Source: Candidatus Hydrogenedentota bacterium
GTDB taxonomy: Bacteria; Hydrogenedentota; Hydrogenedentia; Hydrogenedentales; SLHB01
Length of the DNA: 64,000 bases
Assembly: GCA_034408725.1 (NCBI GenBank)
Contig: JAWXCN010000152.1
Coordinates: 10,552 to 74,551 of the forward strand
Reading direction: 5' to 3'
In this document: positions 20,801-30,152 of the stretch, in pieces
Layout of the letters: every line of letters starts with the position of its first letter
How positions within the stretch are numbered: position 1 is the first letter of the stretch
The notes under the pieces: model-generated
The model's database searches: none
Told to the model about the DNA's origin: nothing
Seen by the model: only the letters and a program-made list of their open reading frames with translations
Translations under genes and position numbers: made by a program

Positions 20801-21031
20801 CAGGTCGTCATCCCTATGGGCGTTTCCATCGCCGCGGGGTCAGCGTTCGCAACCGTAGTAACGCTCCTGCTTACCCCCTGTCTCATCGCCATCACGAACG
20901 ATCTGCGGCGCGCCGCGCATCGCGCGCTGCATGGTGTCTGGCCAACACCCGAATCGGTTGAGCCTGCGCGGAAACGAAACGAGTCCGCGGAACAACATAT
21001 ACCGGTCCCAACAGTAGCGGAAGCGGTGTAA
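17828..21031 (+). CDS. AcrB/AcrD/AcrF family RND transporter
   Basis: 1067 aa, GIVVDDAIVVGE, GIVVNDSI, RFRAIFLTSTT. Confidence 0.95.
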   Translation: MKELIRAIVANNVFANVVMILVIVVGVISAMSMVRESMPEFDLGLIAIEVPFPGADPEEVEEGICRRIEAAIDGMEGVKDYNTTAWEGYANVEVWAEDGYDIDDLKDAVRNAVDSISTFPARAEQPVVYEVRDSDETIHLALWGDLPERQLKEWAENVRDDLQRLPHISRVEVYGARTYEISIEVSKERLWEYGLTLDEVTQAVFQGSLNLPAGTIRTEGEEIRIRTIGRKYNGRDFASVVIKSSPNGEVITLDKVADIRDAFTENPSYSTFNNSPCVLVAVIKGRGEDSLAQSQGAREYAAQKAKDLPEGLHITPCFDESEFITGQISLLTEDAVSGMLLVVLTLWLFLNTRLSFWIATGIPVSFCGAMIILYMTGMSINQISLVGFIVVLGIVVDDAIVVGEAVYTHRQNGLGPLDAAIAGVREVGAPVFAAIMTMITAFVPLAFVPGIMGQIIKVMPVVVIATMIISTFESLFLLPTHLNHLPDANAPKKLRPRWQERLIAFHASFANGLQWFAEHCYHPFAKLAIRYRYVTLSFGVSVMLVAAGLVAGGLVRVIFWPPADGDHLQASVEFPPGTPAEVTRDAVELTRDAFERVAARTKTGTGEPLIRNIFTRVNSFQANQGYISVEMISAGKRNVHSQDLSAAWQEEVGIIPGAVQQAFLEDQIGMGGPPIEIWLQGEDRDALRSAANELKNKLAGYDGVYQITDDLRAGKTEMQIRLKPEAHPLGLTLDQVARHLYSGYYGEEAQRFQRGRDDVRVRIRYPEEERETLAELDKVRVHTPLGYDVPLMSVAEITMAPGVSNIKGSNGLRRVAVTAAVDFNRANPSEVVTDLSANFLDGLCAQYGDMSWTVEGVEESNRETLAGIQRGFAIAALGIFIILATTFRSYLQPVIIMFIIPFGIVGALFGHFAMGIPLTFLSLFGIIALAGIVVNDSIVLFECVNDLIAKGTPFYEALSLAGVRRFRAIFLTSTTTFIGLGPLVWERDLQAQVVIPMGVSIAAGSAFATVVTLLLTPCLIAITNDLRRAAHRALHGVWPTPESVEPARKRNESAEQHIPVPTVAEAV

Positions 21032-21107
21032 TTCGAGTTCTGCGTGAACGAACGGCGATCCGGTATAGTACGATGTCTTTTGGGAACCATACGAAGGGGG
21101 TGACGAC

Positions 21108-21521
21108 ATGTTCCGTATTGCATTCGCGGCATTGGCGGCTTTGATCGTTGCGAGCGGTTGTATTTCGGTGAAAGGAAACGTAAACGTGGAGGAGGAAGTC
21201 GCAGGCGCCGGAACGTTAATCCTTCGACACGTGGTGTTCTTCAAGTTCAAAGACGGCAGCAGCGATGCTGACATCCAACAAGTTCAAACCGCGTTTCTAG
21301 ATCTCAAAAATGGCATTGATACCGTCCGTCACATCGAAGCCGGAACTAATGTTAGCGTCGAGAACCTCAGTGAGGGCTTTACCCACTGCTTCATCGTGAC
21401 GTTCGACAACGCCGCCGGCCGCGACACCTATCTCACCCATCCTGTTCACGACGAATTCGTGAAATTGGCAGGCCCGCATTTAGACAAGGTCTGTGTCATC
21501 GATTTTGTGCCTGTTAGGTAG
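21108..21521 (+). CDS. Dabb (stress-responsive A/B barrel) family protein, probable lipoprotein
   Basis: ASGC lipobox, LRHVVFFKFK, GFTHCF, YLTHPVH. Confidence 0.88.
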   Translation: MFRIAFAALAALIVASGCISVKGNVNVEEEVAGAGTLILRHVVFFKFKDGSSDADIQQVQTAFLDLKNGIDTVRHIEAGTNVSVENLSEGFTHCFIVTFDNAAGRDTYLTHPVHDEFVKLAGPHLDKVCVIDFVPVR

Positions 21522-21841
21522 TTTGACCGGCCACAGTACCCACCGAATTGGAATTCGGCGCTACGTAACCTCTTGGCTTATTTGAACTAAGGAATTTTGA
21601 ATATCACAATTCAATAAAATCAATTCCGTAAATCTAATTTAATCCGCTAATCACAAAAATTAAGTGCAAAAATCCCGTTTGACGTGTTACAATCCCTCCC
21701 TTGACCTGATGACATATGCCTCGACGTTCTGGGGAAGGCTCTTACACGCCTGTGAACAAGAGGCCCTCGCTTTGGCTTTACCGTGCCGTGCTTTCCATCT
21801 CAAGAGGGCGCTTTTGAATTTATAGAACCGGGAGTGCAAGC

Positions 21842-23425
21842 ATGGGAATTCAGGCAACATTTCAGCGACGGGTTAGCGAGTATCTTCAGTCCTTGTTCGA
21901 TGGCGATCCCGAATCGATCCAGAAAAGCCCCCTGTTCGCCGGCATGTCACGCCGCGATTTACTGTTTGGCGGCGGGTTGGCCGCGACGGTGTTGGGCGCG
22001 AGCGGATGTCCGCCGGCGGACATGGCGATCGAGGCTGCTTCGGAAGACGATGCGAAGCACGGCGAGAAAGGCATCGACCCGGTGTTGCGCCGGTTGGTCG
22101 AGCGTTGCACGTATGGCGCAAATCAGTACGAGCTGAACCTCGCCAAGCAGATGGGGTACGATGAGTACCTCGCCTACCAACTTGATTACAACCAAATTGA
22201 CGATTCCGAAATGGAAGCACGTCTGTCAGGATATCAAAGCCTCCATTACTCCGCGAAACAGATGGCGCTCGCGGGCGAGATGGGCAACTACGACGTCTTC
22301 TACGAACTGGTGAATTCGACGATCCTGCGCGCGGCGTACAGCAAGCGCCAACTGTATCAGCGCATGGTGGAATTCTGGACCGACCATTTCAACATCTATA
22401 TTGAAAAAGATTACATGTACTACCTCAAACCGGTGGACGACCGGGAGGTCATTCGCAAGCATGCAATGGGAACGTTTCCTGAGTTGCTGTCGGCAAGCGG
22501 GCACAGTCCGGCAATGCTGGTCTATCTCGATAACGATCCCAGTTCCAAAGAGGCGCCGAACCAGAACTACGCGCGCGAGCTTATGGAATTGCACACCCTG
22601 GGCGTCGGCAATTTTTCCCAGCAGGACGTGGAAGAGGTCGCGCGATGCTTCACGGGGTGGTCCCTCGAATACGACTGGGAAAGTCCGTCATGGGGAACGT
22701 TCAAGTTTTATGGTTGGGCGCACGATAGAAAAAGGAAAAAGGTGCTCGGGCACGACGTTCCGAGAAGGGGCGGTGTGGAAGACGGACAAACCGTCTTTGA
22801 CATATTAAGCAAGAGCGACAGTATCGCGCCAATTTGCGCGCGCTTCATCGGAAAAAAAATCGCCAATTGGTTGTGGGGTTACGACCCGCCGGAGGCGCTG
22901 ATTGACAGCATGGCGAAGTCGTATCTGGGCAGTGACGGCAGCATCAAGAAGATGGTGAAGACCGCGCTCAGCCACGAGTGGTTGAGCCAGGCGCAGCCCA
23001 AGCTGAAGCGCCCGTTCCACTACGTCATTTCCTCAATGCGCATGGCGCCATCGGATATCCCTGAGTTTTGGGGTGTGCGCTACGCATTGTCGTTGATGGG
23101 TCACGAACCATTCCAATGGGCGCCGCCCAATGGCTATCCGGACGCGCTGCAATTCTGGGGGGGATCGCTGATGCCGCGTTGGCGTTACGGCGCGCTCGTG
23201 TACACGCAGAATTACAGTCCGCAATTCGACCTATCGAAGTTTGAAGGCGAAATCGAACCCCTCCAATTCATGAACCGGCTTAATCGGGATTTCTTCGGCG
23301 GAAAAATTTCCGCCACCGACAAAGCGTTGCTGCTGGATTACGTTCAGGAAAATCCTTACTCCGAATGGCGGCGCAAAGAAGCGTTGGGACTGGCGATTTC
23401 CTGTTCCGGTTTTCAATGGTATTAG
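21842..23425 (+). CDS. DUF1800 domain protein
   Basis: FWTDHFN, PAMLVYLDN, NQNYARELMELHTLG, PPNGYP. Confidence 0.92.
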   Translation: MGIQATFQRRVSEYLQSLFDGDPESIQKSPLFAGMSRRDLLFGGGLAATVLGASGCPPADMAIEAASEDDAKHGEKGIDPVLRRLVERCTYGANQYELNLAKQMGYDEYLAYQLDYNQIDDSEMEARLSGYQSLHYSAKQMALAGEMGNYDVFYELVNSTILRAAYSKRQLYQRMVEFWTDHFNIYIEKDYMYYLKPVDDREVIRKHAMGTFPELLSASGHSPAMLVYLDNDPSSKEAPNQNYARELMELHTLGVGNFSQQDVEEVARCFTGWSLEYDWESPSWGTFKFYGWAHDRKRKKVLGHDVPRRGGVEDGQTVFDILSKSDSIAPICARFIGKKIANWLWGYDPPEALIDSMAKSYLGSDGSIKKMVKTALSHEWLSQAQPKLKRPFHYVISSMRMAPSDIPEFWGVRYALSLMGHEPFQWAPPNGYPDALQFWGGSLMPRWRYGALVYTQNYSPQFDLSKFEGEIEPLQFMNRLNRDFFGGKISATDKALLLDYVQENPYSEWRRKEALGLAISCSGFQWY

Positions 23426-23437
23426 GAGAAACCTGCC

Positions 23438-24721
23438 ATGCAAACGTGTAAGCAGACTGGCTGCGTCGAATACCGGAACCTGACGCGCCGGCAATTCATG
23501 GGCGTAAGTGCCGCGACGGCCGCCGTTGTCGGCGCGCCCTTGTGGTTGCCTCGTGTGGCGTATGCCGGAGCTCCGTCTACCCGCGACGTGCTCATCACAG
23601 TATTCCTCCGCGGCGGCGCCGACGGATTGTCCCTTTGCGTGCCGCATGGCGATGACGGCTACTACGCATTGCGGCCAAACCTGAACATTCCGCGGCCGGA
23701 CAGCACGAGCGAGTTTGCATGTCTCGACCTTGACGGATTTTTTGGCATCCCCAAAACGATGCGCGGCATTTGCGACGCGTATGACGACGGCGACCTGCTC
23801 TTTGTACACGCCACGGGATCGATTGACGAATCGCGCTCGCATTTTCAGTCGATGAATGTAATGGAAACGGGCAAGCCGCTGGACCCGACCCTGTTTACCG
23901 GCTGGGTTGGCCGTCATCTCATGACCATTGATCCGGTGAATCCGAACGCAATCCTGCGAGCGGTCGCTATCAACTCGTCGCTTCAACGGTCGCTCGCGGG
24001 CAGTCCATTGGCGTTGCCGGTGCCTGATCTCACCAACTTCGGGCTCGACGGATGGGACGAGACCATGGACGAGCGGATCGCATTGCTGGGATCATCGTAT
24101 GCCGCGGGTTCGCCACTACTCCAAACCCACGCGGCAAACACCATCACAACAATCGGCATGTTGGAAAATATCGGGTTCGAGAGCTACGCGCCATCGAACA
24201 ATGCAGAATATCCTGACACGTATTTCGGCACGTCGTTCAAATCAAGCGCGGCACTGATCAAAGCTGCCATTGGCGTCGAAGCGATCGCGGTCGATATCGG
24301 CGGATGGGACACCCACGCGGACCAGCAGCCGCGTCAGGGCTATCTAGCGGACCTGATGCAGGAATTGGCGGACACGCTTGGCGCGTTTCACGCGGACATG
24401 GCCGGGGACGCGAGCAAGAATTATGTGGTGGTGGTCATGTCCGAATTCGGGCGCATAGCTTACGAGAACGGGACAGCGGGCACCGACCACGGTCATGGCG
24501 GCGCGTTGATTTGCATGGGCAACCATATTTCCGGTGGGCGCGTGCTGGCGAATTGGCCCGGACTCGCCGACGATGAATTGTTCCAGGGACAGGACCTTGC
24601 CATTACCATTGATTACCGCGACGTGCTTGCGGAAATTGTCCAAACACGGCTGGGTAATTCAAATCTCTCCACGGTGTTCCCGGATTACACCCCGGCGTTT
24701 CACGGGGTAACGGAGGCGTAG
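23438..24721 (+). CDS. DUF1501 domain protein (DUF1800 partner type, Tat signal)
   Basis: TRRQFM leader, FLRGGADGL, SRSHF, GGWDTH, SEFGR, GTDHG. Confidence 0.92.
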   Translation: MQTCKQTGCVEYRNLTRRQFMGVSAATAAVVGAPLWLPRVAYAGAPSTRDVLITVFLRGGADGLSLCVPHGDDGYYALRPNLNIPRPDSTSEFACLDLDGFFGIPKTMRGICDAYDDGDLLFVHATGSIDESRSHFQSMNVMETGKPLDPTLFTGWVGRHLMTIDPVNPNAILRAVAINSSLQRSLAGSPLALPVPDLTNFGLDGWDETMDERIALLGSSYAAGSPLLQTHAANTITTIGMLENIGFESYAPSNNAEYPDTYFGTSFKSSAALIKAAIGVEAIAVDIGGWDTHADQQPRQGYLADLMQELADTLGAFHADMAGDASKNYVVVVMSEFGRIAYENGTAGTDHGHGGALICMGNHISGGRVLANWPGLADDELFQGQDLAITIDYRDVLAEIVQTRLGNSNLSTVFPDYTPAFHGVTEA

Positions 24722-24742
24722 TTTCGCCTGCCACGCCTCCCC

Positions 24743-25150
24743 CAGGGCAATCGCGCTTAAGTCCCGAATAACCCGGCCTGACGCCAACAAAATTGGCGCC
24801 GTCGGGGGAACGGCTATGCGCGCAGCCAAATGACGTCCGAAATCCGCGCGGAGCGCCTTGGAGTGCGGCGGCGGGTAGCTGCCGCTTTCTATTTCCTGGG
24901 CATGATCGCTTCGTAATTAAGCGTAATTGCGCCTGAGCTTCGATTCGCGTGTTCCTGAAGTCTTCAAATTTATTCGAGAATTTCGAGTACCCCGAAGTGA
25001 AAGCGGCGCTGACACGCCGCAGTCCAAGGCGCTTCGCGCGGCCAGCCGACGTCTAAAATCCAGGCGAAGCGCCTTGGAGTGCGGCGGCGGGTAGCTGCCG
25101 CTTTCCATTTCCTGGGTGAGTTAGCTTCGCAATTAAGCGCGGTTGCCCTG
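24743..25150. mobile_element. MITE-like non-autonomous element with 18-bp terminal inverted repeats, 10-bp target-site duplication and internal REP-like array
   Basis: Left end CAGGGCAATCGCGCTTAA (24743-24760) and right end TTAAGCGCGGTTGCCCTG (25133-25150) match 17/18 as inverted repeats. ACGCCTCCCC flanks both ends directly (24733-24742 and 25151-25160). Confidence 0.7.
24852..25105. repeat. Three alternating REP-like palindromes (BIME-like array, 216-bp period)
   Basis: AGCGCCTTGGAGTGCGGC..GCCGCTTTC at 24852-24889 (+), 24999-25033 (-) and 25068-25105 (+). The two + copies are identical. Confidence 0.85.
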
Positions 25151-25307
25151 ACGCCTCCCCCTCTCTTAGCGCGCGCTTGGGCGCTGGTGCTATTCTCTTG
25201 AACGATCCCAGCGACTGCAGTTTTTGCGGCGCGAAAGATTCTGTCCGCAATGCATCAAGCGCTTCGCGCAATTGTTCGTTGGAACTTTCAACAACAAGGA
25301 TTCTTTT

Positions 25308-26300
25308 ATGGAATACCGCAATGTCGGCGCCTCGGGTCTGGAAGTGTCGGCGCTTTCATTTGGGTCGTGGGTGACCTTTGGAGATCAGATCGACGAGCAG
25401 ATTGCCGAAGACTGCATGAAAGCGGCATGGGAAACCGGGGTCAACTATTTCGACAATGCGGAAGCGTACGCCGGTGGACGGGCTGAGTCCGTGATGGGCA
25501 GCGTATTGAAGCGCATGGCTTGGAAGCGGTCCGAAGTGGTGATTTCGACGAAAATTTTCTGGGCGGGGAAAGGTCCAAATCAGGTTGGCGTATCGCGCAA
25601 GCGGTTGATAGAAGGAACAACGGCAAGCCTTGCGAGACTTCAACTGGACTACGTGGACATGCTGCTGTGCCATCGGCCCGACTCCCGGACTCCGATTGAA
25701 GAGACGGTCCGTGCGATGAACTATCTGATCAATCAGGGTAAGGCATTGTATTGGGGCACGAGTTGGTGGTCCGCGAAGCAATTGCTCTCCGCGTATCACA
25801 TTGCCCGGCGAGAACGGCTGATTCCGCCTACCGTCGAACAGCCGGAGTACAACATGTTTGCACGAGAATGGGTCGAGTCGGAATACGAGGGCCTTTACGA
25901 TGAGTTGGGACTTGGACTCACGACATGGAGTCCCCTTGCAAGCGGTATGTTAACGGGAAAGTATAACGAGGGAATACCACCAACTTCCCGCGTGACGCTG
26001 AAGGGCTACGAATGGTTGCGCAAGGAATTCGAGTCCGGCGAAGGCAAGGCGCGAATTGAGAAAGTGAAAAAACTTGCGCCCATTGCAAAATCGCTGAATT
26101 GTTCACTTGCTCAACTCGCGCTTGCGTGGTGCGCAAAGAATCCACGCGTGAGCACCGTTATCACGGGAGCGACACGCCCGGAGCAGGTGGCCGAAAATAT
26201 GAAAGCAATCGACGTTGTGCCGTTGATCACGCCGCAGGTCATTTTCGAGATTGAGAATGTTCTACAGAATAAGCTCGTTCCCGCGAAGACATACCGATAA
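25308..26300 (+). CDS. Aldo/keto reductase (Kv-beta-like subfamily)
   Basis: GSWVTFG, FDNAEAY, STK, CHRPD, WSPLASG, ITGAT. Confidence 0.92.
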   Translation: MEYRNVGASGLEVSALSFGSWVTFGDQIDEQIAEDCMKAAWETGVNYFDNAEAYAGGRAESVMGSVLKRMAWKRSEVVISTKIFWAGKGPNQVGVSRKRLIEGTTASLARLQLDYVDMLLCHRPDSRTPIEETVRAMNYLINQGKALYWGTSWWSAKQLLSAYHIARRERLIPPTVEQPEYNMFAREWVESEYEGLYDELGLGLTTWSPLASGMLTGKYNEGIPPTSRVTLKGYEWLRKEFESGEGKARIEKVKKLAPIAKSLNCSLAQLALAWCAKNPRVSTVITGATRPEQVAENMKAIDVVPLITPQVIFEIENVLQNKLVPAKTYR

Positions 26301-26599
26301 AAAAATCCAGATTCTTCCCGTTACGATGAGTATGCACACCCAACGCCGACATCAGTATGCAACAAAACTCAGAACGTTTTCGATCAGACGTAGCCGTTGT
26401 CGCACCGAAAAGACTAAAAGATGCGCAACATTGGCCTGCCATTTCCTCCCGGAACGAAGTCTTTAATATCCATTCCGTGTGTAACAGCGCCTGAAACGAT
26501 CTCGATCTGAGTTTCGTTGTGAGCCGCACGAAAGGTTCGAGCTTTCCGCGACCGTCATCTTGAACGAATGTGAATGCCTGGTTATTTCCCGTTTGACAC

Positions 26600-26632
26600 A
26601 AAGAAAGCCGGCCCCGGATAACCGGGGCCGGG
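26600..26632 (-). terminator. Intrinsic terminator of dnaK
   Basis: CCGGCCCCGG-N4-CCGGGGCCGG hairpin followed by CTTTCTTT on the minus strand, just after the stop codon. Confidence 0.7.
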
Positions 26633-26645
26633 TACTGCTCGTTAT

Positions 26646-28613
26646 TCAGCTTCGCTTTTTGCCTTCATCCACCACAGTAAAATCGGCGTCTGCCATGTCT
26701 TCACCCTGCTGTTGGCCGGCGGGTGCGTGAACGTACTCTGGACTGCCTGCACCCTGCTCCTGCGCCGTGCCGTCAAATGGACTTCCGTCACCCGCTGTTT
26801 CCGGTTGCGCGCCCGGCGCGGAGGCGTACAGGGCTTCGGCCATCTTGTTCGAGGCGGCCGTCACCTTCTGGACCGCGGTCTGGATACGCGTCAGGTCTTC
26901 GCCCTTCAAGGATTCGCGGAGTTCGGCGCACGCGGCCTCGATGTCCTCACGGTCGCGCGGGCCAATCTTGTCCGAGTTCTCCTTCAACGTTTTTTCAGTC
27001 GCGTATAGTATCTGGTCCGCATTGTTGCGGGCCTCGATGGTTTCCTTGCGCCTTTTGTCCTCCTGCGCATGGGACTCGGCATCCTTGACCATGCGGTCAA
27101 TATCGGATGGGTTCAGACCGCTCGACGCTTCAATTCGGATTTTTTGTTCCTTGCCTGTGCCCAAGTCCTTCGCAGCGACGTGGACGATGCCATTCGCGTC
27201 AATGTCGAACATCACTTCGATTTGTGGAAGTCCGCGGGGCGCGGACGTGATGCCCTCGAGGTTGAAGCGCCCGAGCAGCCGGTTATCCTTCGCCAATTCC
27301 CGTTCGCCCTGCAACACCACAATTGTCACCGCGGTCTGGTTGTCGTCCGCAGTCGAAAACACCTGGCGTTTCGACACCGGTATGGTGGTATTCCTGTCAA
27401 TGATCTTCGTGCCAATACCGCCAAGGGTTTCAATACCCAACGACAGTGGCGTAACATCGAGGAGCAACACGTCTTTTACGTCGCCCGCAAGCACGCCGCC
27501 TTGTATCGCCGCGCCGATGGCGACGACTTCGTCCGGGTTCACGCCGCGATGCGGCTCCTTTCCGAAAACCTGCTTGGCGGCCTCAAGAACGGCAGGCATA
27601 CGTGTCATGCCGCCGACCATTACGACTTCGTTGATATCGGCCGCACTGAGGCCAGCGTCAGCGATGGCTTTTTTACACGGTTCCTTCGTGCGGTCTATCA
27701 GCGTGGTGCAAAGCTGTTCGAGCTTGGCGCGCGTGAGCTTGTAGCTCAGATGCTTCGGACCGGAGGCATCCGCCGTGATAAACGGCAGATTGATGTCGGT
27801 TTGCATGCTGGACGAGAGTTCGCATTTCGCCTTTTCGGCGCCTTCTTTGAGACGTTGAAGGGCCATCGCGTCCTTGCGAAGGTCGATGCCTTGCTCCTTC
27901 TTAAACTCATCCGCCAACCAATCGATGATACGTTGATCAAAGTCGTCGCCGCCGAGATGGGTATCTCCGTTTGTGCTCATGACTTCGAAACTGTCATCGC
28001 CAATAGCGAGGATCGAAATATCAAAGGTCCCGCCGCCAAGGTCAAACACGGCAATTTTTTCGTCCTTTTTCTTATCGAGTCCATACGCGAGCGCGGCGGC
28101 TGTCGGCTCGTTGATGATGCGCAAGACCTCTAGTCCGGCGATTTTTCCGGCGTCCTTCGTGGCTTGACGTTGTGCGTCATTGAAATAGGCGGGTACTGTA
28201 ATTACGGCTTGCGTAACCGTCTCGCCAAGATACGTTTCCGCCGTCTCCTTCATTTTTTGAAGTATCATTGCGGAAATCTCGGGTGGACGATAACTTTTTC
28301 CCTGGACTTCAATTTGACAGTCACCTTGCGGGGCGCCTGTGACTTTGTACGGAACGAGTTTTTCTTCCGCCGTAACTTCACCGTGGCGGCGGCCCATGAA
28401 TCGCTTGATGGAAAATACCGTGTTCTCTGGATTGGTAACGGCTTGCCGCTTGGCGGACGCACCGACCAGACGTTCCCCATCTTTCGTGAAAGCAACAACG
28501 GACGGCGTCGTCCGATTTCCCTCAACGTTGGCTATTACGATTGGTTCGCCGCCTTCAATAACAGCAACACAGGAATTCGTGGTTCCTAAGTCTATTCCAA
28601 TTACTTTGCTCAT
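26646..28613 (-). CDS. dnaK: Molecular chaperone DnaK (Hsp70)
   Basis: [49 protein letters not shown]. Confidence 0.98.
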   Translation of the reverse strand: MSKVIGIDLGTTNSCVAVIEGGEPIVIANVEGNRTTPSVVAFTKDGERLVGASAKRQAVTNPENTVFSIKRFMGRRHGEVTAEEKLVPYKVTGAPQGDCQIEVQGKSYRPPEISAMILQKMKETAETYLGETVTQAVITVPAYFNDAQRQATKDAGKIAGLEVLRIINEPTAAALAYGLDKKKDEKIAVFDLGGGTFDISILAIGDDSFEVMSTNGDTHLGGDDFDQRIIDWLADEFKKEQGIDLRKDAMALQRLKEGAEKAKCELSSSMQTDINLPFITADASGPKHLSYKLTRAKLEQLCTTLIDRTKEPCKKAIADAGLSAADINEVVMVGGMTRMPAVLEAAKQVFGKEPHRGVNPDEVVAIGAAIQGGVLAGDVKDVLLLDVTPLSLGIETLGGIGTKIIDRNTTIPVSKRQVFSTADDNQTAVTIVVLQGERELAKDNRLLGRFNLEGITSAPRGLPQIEVMFDIDANGIVHVAAKDLGTGKEQKIRIEASSGLNPSDIDRMVKDAESHAQEDKRRKETIEARNNADQILYATEKTLKENSDKIGPRDREDIEAACAELRESLKGEDLTRIQTAVQKVTAASNKMAEALYASAPGAQPETAGDGSPFDGTAQEQGAGSPEYVHAPAGQQQGEDMADADFTVVDEGKKRS

Positions 28614-28661
28614 GTTTAGTACCTCCTGGGAATATTGGTTCCTTCAAACTTGCATATGAAG

Positions 28662-28678
28662 AGCAACGGTTGTGCCGA
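28662..28678 (-). promoter_or_regulatory. Putative sigma54 (-24/-12) promoter of dnaK
   Basis: Minus strand reads TCGGCACAACCGTTGCT, i.e. GGCAC-N5-TTGC, about 50 nt upstream of the ATG. Confidence 0.65.
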
Positions 28679-28936
28679 TAGTTCGGGATTTTTCGAGGAT
28701 GAGACTCGAAAGACGGTAAGTATAGTTATTACAGTTCTTTAGGTCGTGCCGTCCAAGAGTAGTGTAGAATGGAAAAGCGAGCGGTCATCGTTCGAAGTAT
28801 TCGCAATTGAAACGGTTTTTGTTTCAAACTGCGACCATAACTTGCGCGAAGAAAATAGTTGACATTTTGCTCTTTTGATGGGAAAATTAAAGTAAGACTC
28901 GGACTGCACGAGTGTATCTTGGGGTAGGAGACTATT

Positions 28937-30139
28937 TTGAGGGCTGGGCATCAATTAAGTCCCACATTGATCAAGCTACCGCCGCGCCATCTTGACAAAT
29001 CGACGATCTCGATTCCATTTAACAAGGTTGCGCCGATGGGACGTGAACTCGAATATATGAGCCAGGCGCTGGCGAGTGGTTCTATTTCAGGGGACGGGAA
29101 GTTCACGCAGAAATGCCATGCCGGGCTTCAGATGATGCTCGGAGTGCATAAGGTGCTTCTGACCACATCGTGTACTCACGCGCTGGAAATGGCCGCCCTT
29201 CTACTGGATATCCGCGAAGGCGACGAAGTTATTTGCCCCTCCTATACCTTTGTGTCGACTATCAATGCATTCACGCTGCGGGGCGCAAAACCCGTGTTTG
29301 TGGATATCCGGCCCGATACCTTGAACATGGATGAAACAGCGATTGAATCGCTTATCACGCCACGGACCAGGGCAATAGTTCCGGTGCACTACGCGGGCGT
29401 CGGCTGCGAAATGGATACGATCCTTGACGTTGCCAACAGGCACGGCATATCGGTCATCGAAGACAACGCGCACGGGCTTTTCGGCAAATATAAAGGCCAT
29501 AGTTTGGGCACTTTCGGGTGCATGGCCACACAGAGTTTTCACGAGACCAAAAATGTCGCATGCGGTGAAGGTGGGGCGTTGTTGTTGAATGATTGGAAAC
29601 TCGAGGACCGCGCGGAAATCATCCGGGAAAAGGGCACAAACCGCAGCCGTTTTTTCCGGGGGCAGGTGGACAAGTATACGTGGGTCGATCTTGGTTCGAG
29701 TTATTTGCCGTCTGAGTTGTTGGCGGCCTTTTTGTACGCACAGCTCGAGTGCCGGGAAGACATTCAGACGCGGCGCGAGCGTATCTGGAAAACCTATTCG
29801 TCCGAACTTGCGGCCTGGTGCATTGATAACGGCGTCACGACGCCGGTCATTCCGCCGCACTGCGATCAGGCGTATCACATGTTCTACATGCTGATGCCGA
29901 GCTTTACCGCACGGCAAGGACTAATCGCACACCTCAAAGAACAGGGCATTCATGCCGTGTTTCATTACCTCCCCCTTCATACGGCGGACATGGGGATGCG
30001 ATATGGCTATCGCGAGGGTGACTTGCCGGTGACGGAAGACGTCAGCAACCGGCTTGTGCGGCTTCCGATGTTCAACAGCATGACGTCCGGCGAACAGGCG
30101 ATGGTTATCGACGCAGTGTTGGACTACAGCGCGCTGTAA
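28937..30139 (+). CDS. rffA: dTDP-4-amino-4,6-dideoxygalactose transaminase (DegT family)
   Basis: IPFN, TSCTHALEM, SFHETKN, EKGTNRSRFFRGQVDKYTW, FHYLPLH. AGGAG RBS before TTG. Confidence 0.9.
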   Translation: MRAGHQLSPTLIKLPPRHLDKSTISIPFNKVAPMGRELEYMSQALASGSISGDGKFTQKCHAGLQMMLGVHKVLLTTSCTHALEMAALLLDIREGDEVICPSYTFVSTINAFTLRGAKPVFVDIRPDTLNMDETAIESLITPRTRAIVPVHYAGVGCEMDTILDVANRHGISVIEDNAHGLFGKYKGHSLGTFGCMATQSFHETKNVACGEGGALLLNDWKLEDRAEIIREKGTNRSRFFRGQVDKYTWVDLGSSYLPSELLAAFLYAQLECREDIQTRRERIWKTYSSELAAWCIDNGVTTPVIPPHCDQAYHMFYMLMPSFTARQGLIAHLKEQGIHAVFHYLPLHTADMGMRYGYREGDLPVTEDVSNRLVRLPMFNSMTSGEQAMVIDAVLDYSAL

Positions 30140-30152
30140 CGGGGAGGACCTC

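Noticed and set aside
24852-25105. Possible CRISPR array
   Set aside because: Repeats alternate in orientation, linkers are long and homologous between loci rather than unique spacers, and no cas genes are present.
24917-25108. 63-aa ORF MESGSYPPPHSKAL..
   Set aside because: It is only a translation of the REP palindromes.
26300-26600. 300-bp gap between the aldo/keto reductase and dnaK as a possible ncRNA or small gene
   Set aside because: No recognisable RNA motif or convincing ORF by eye. An Infernal/Rfam scan would be needed to exclude it.
26767-28589. Long plus-strand ORFs (325, 354 and 141 aa) antisense to dnaK
   Set aside because: Antisense shadow ORFs of hsp70 genes are a well-known artefact; these have no RBS or protein motifs.
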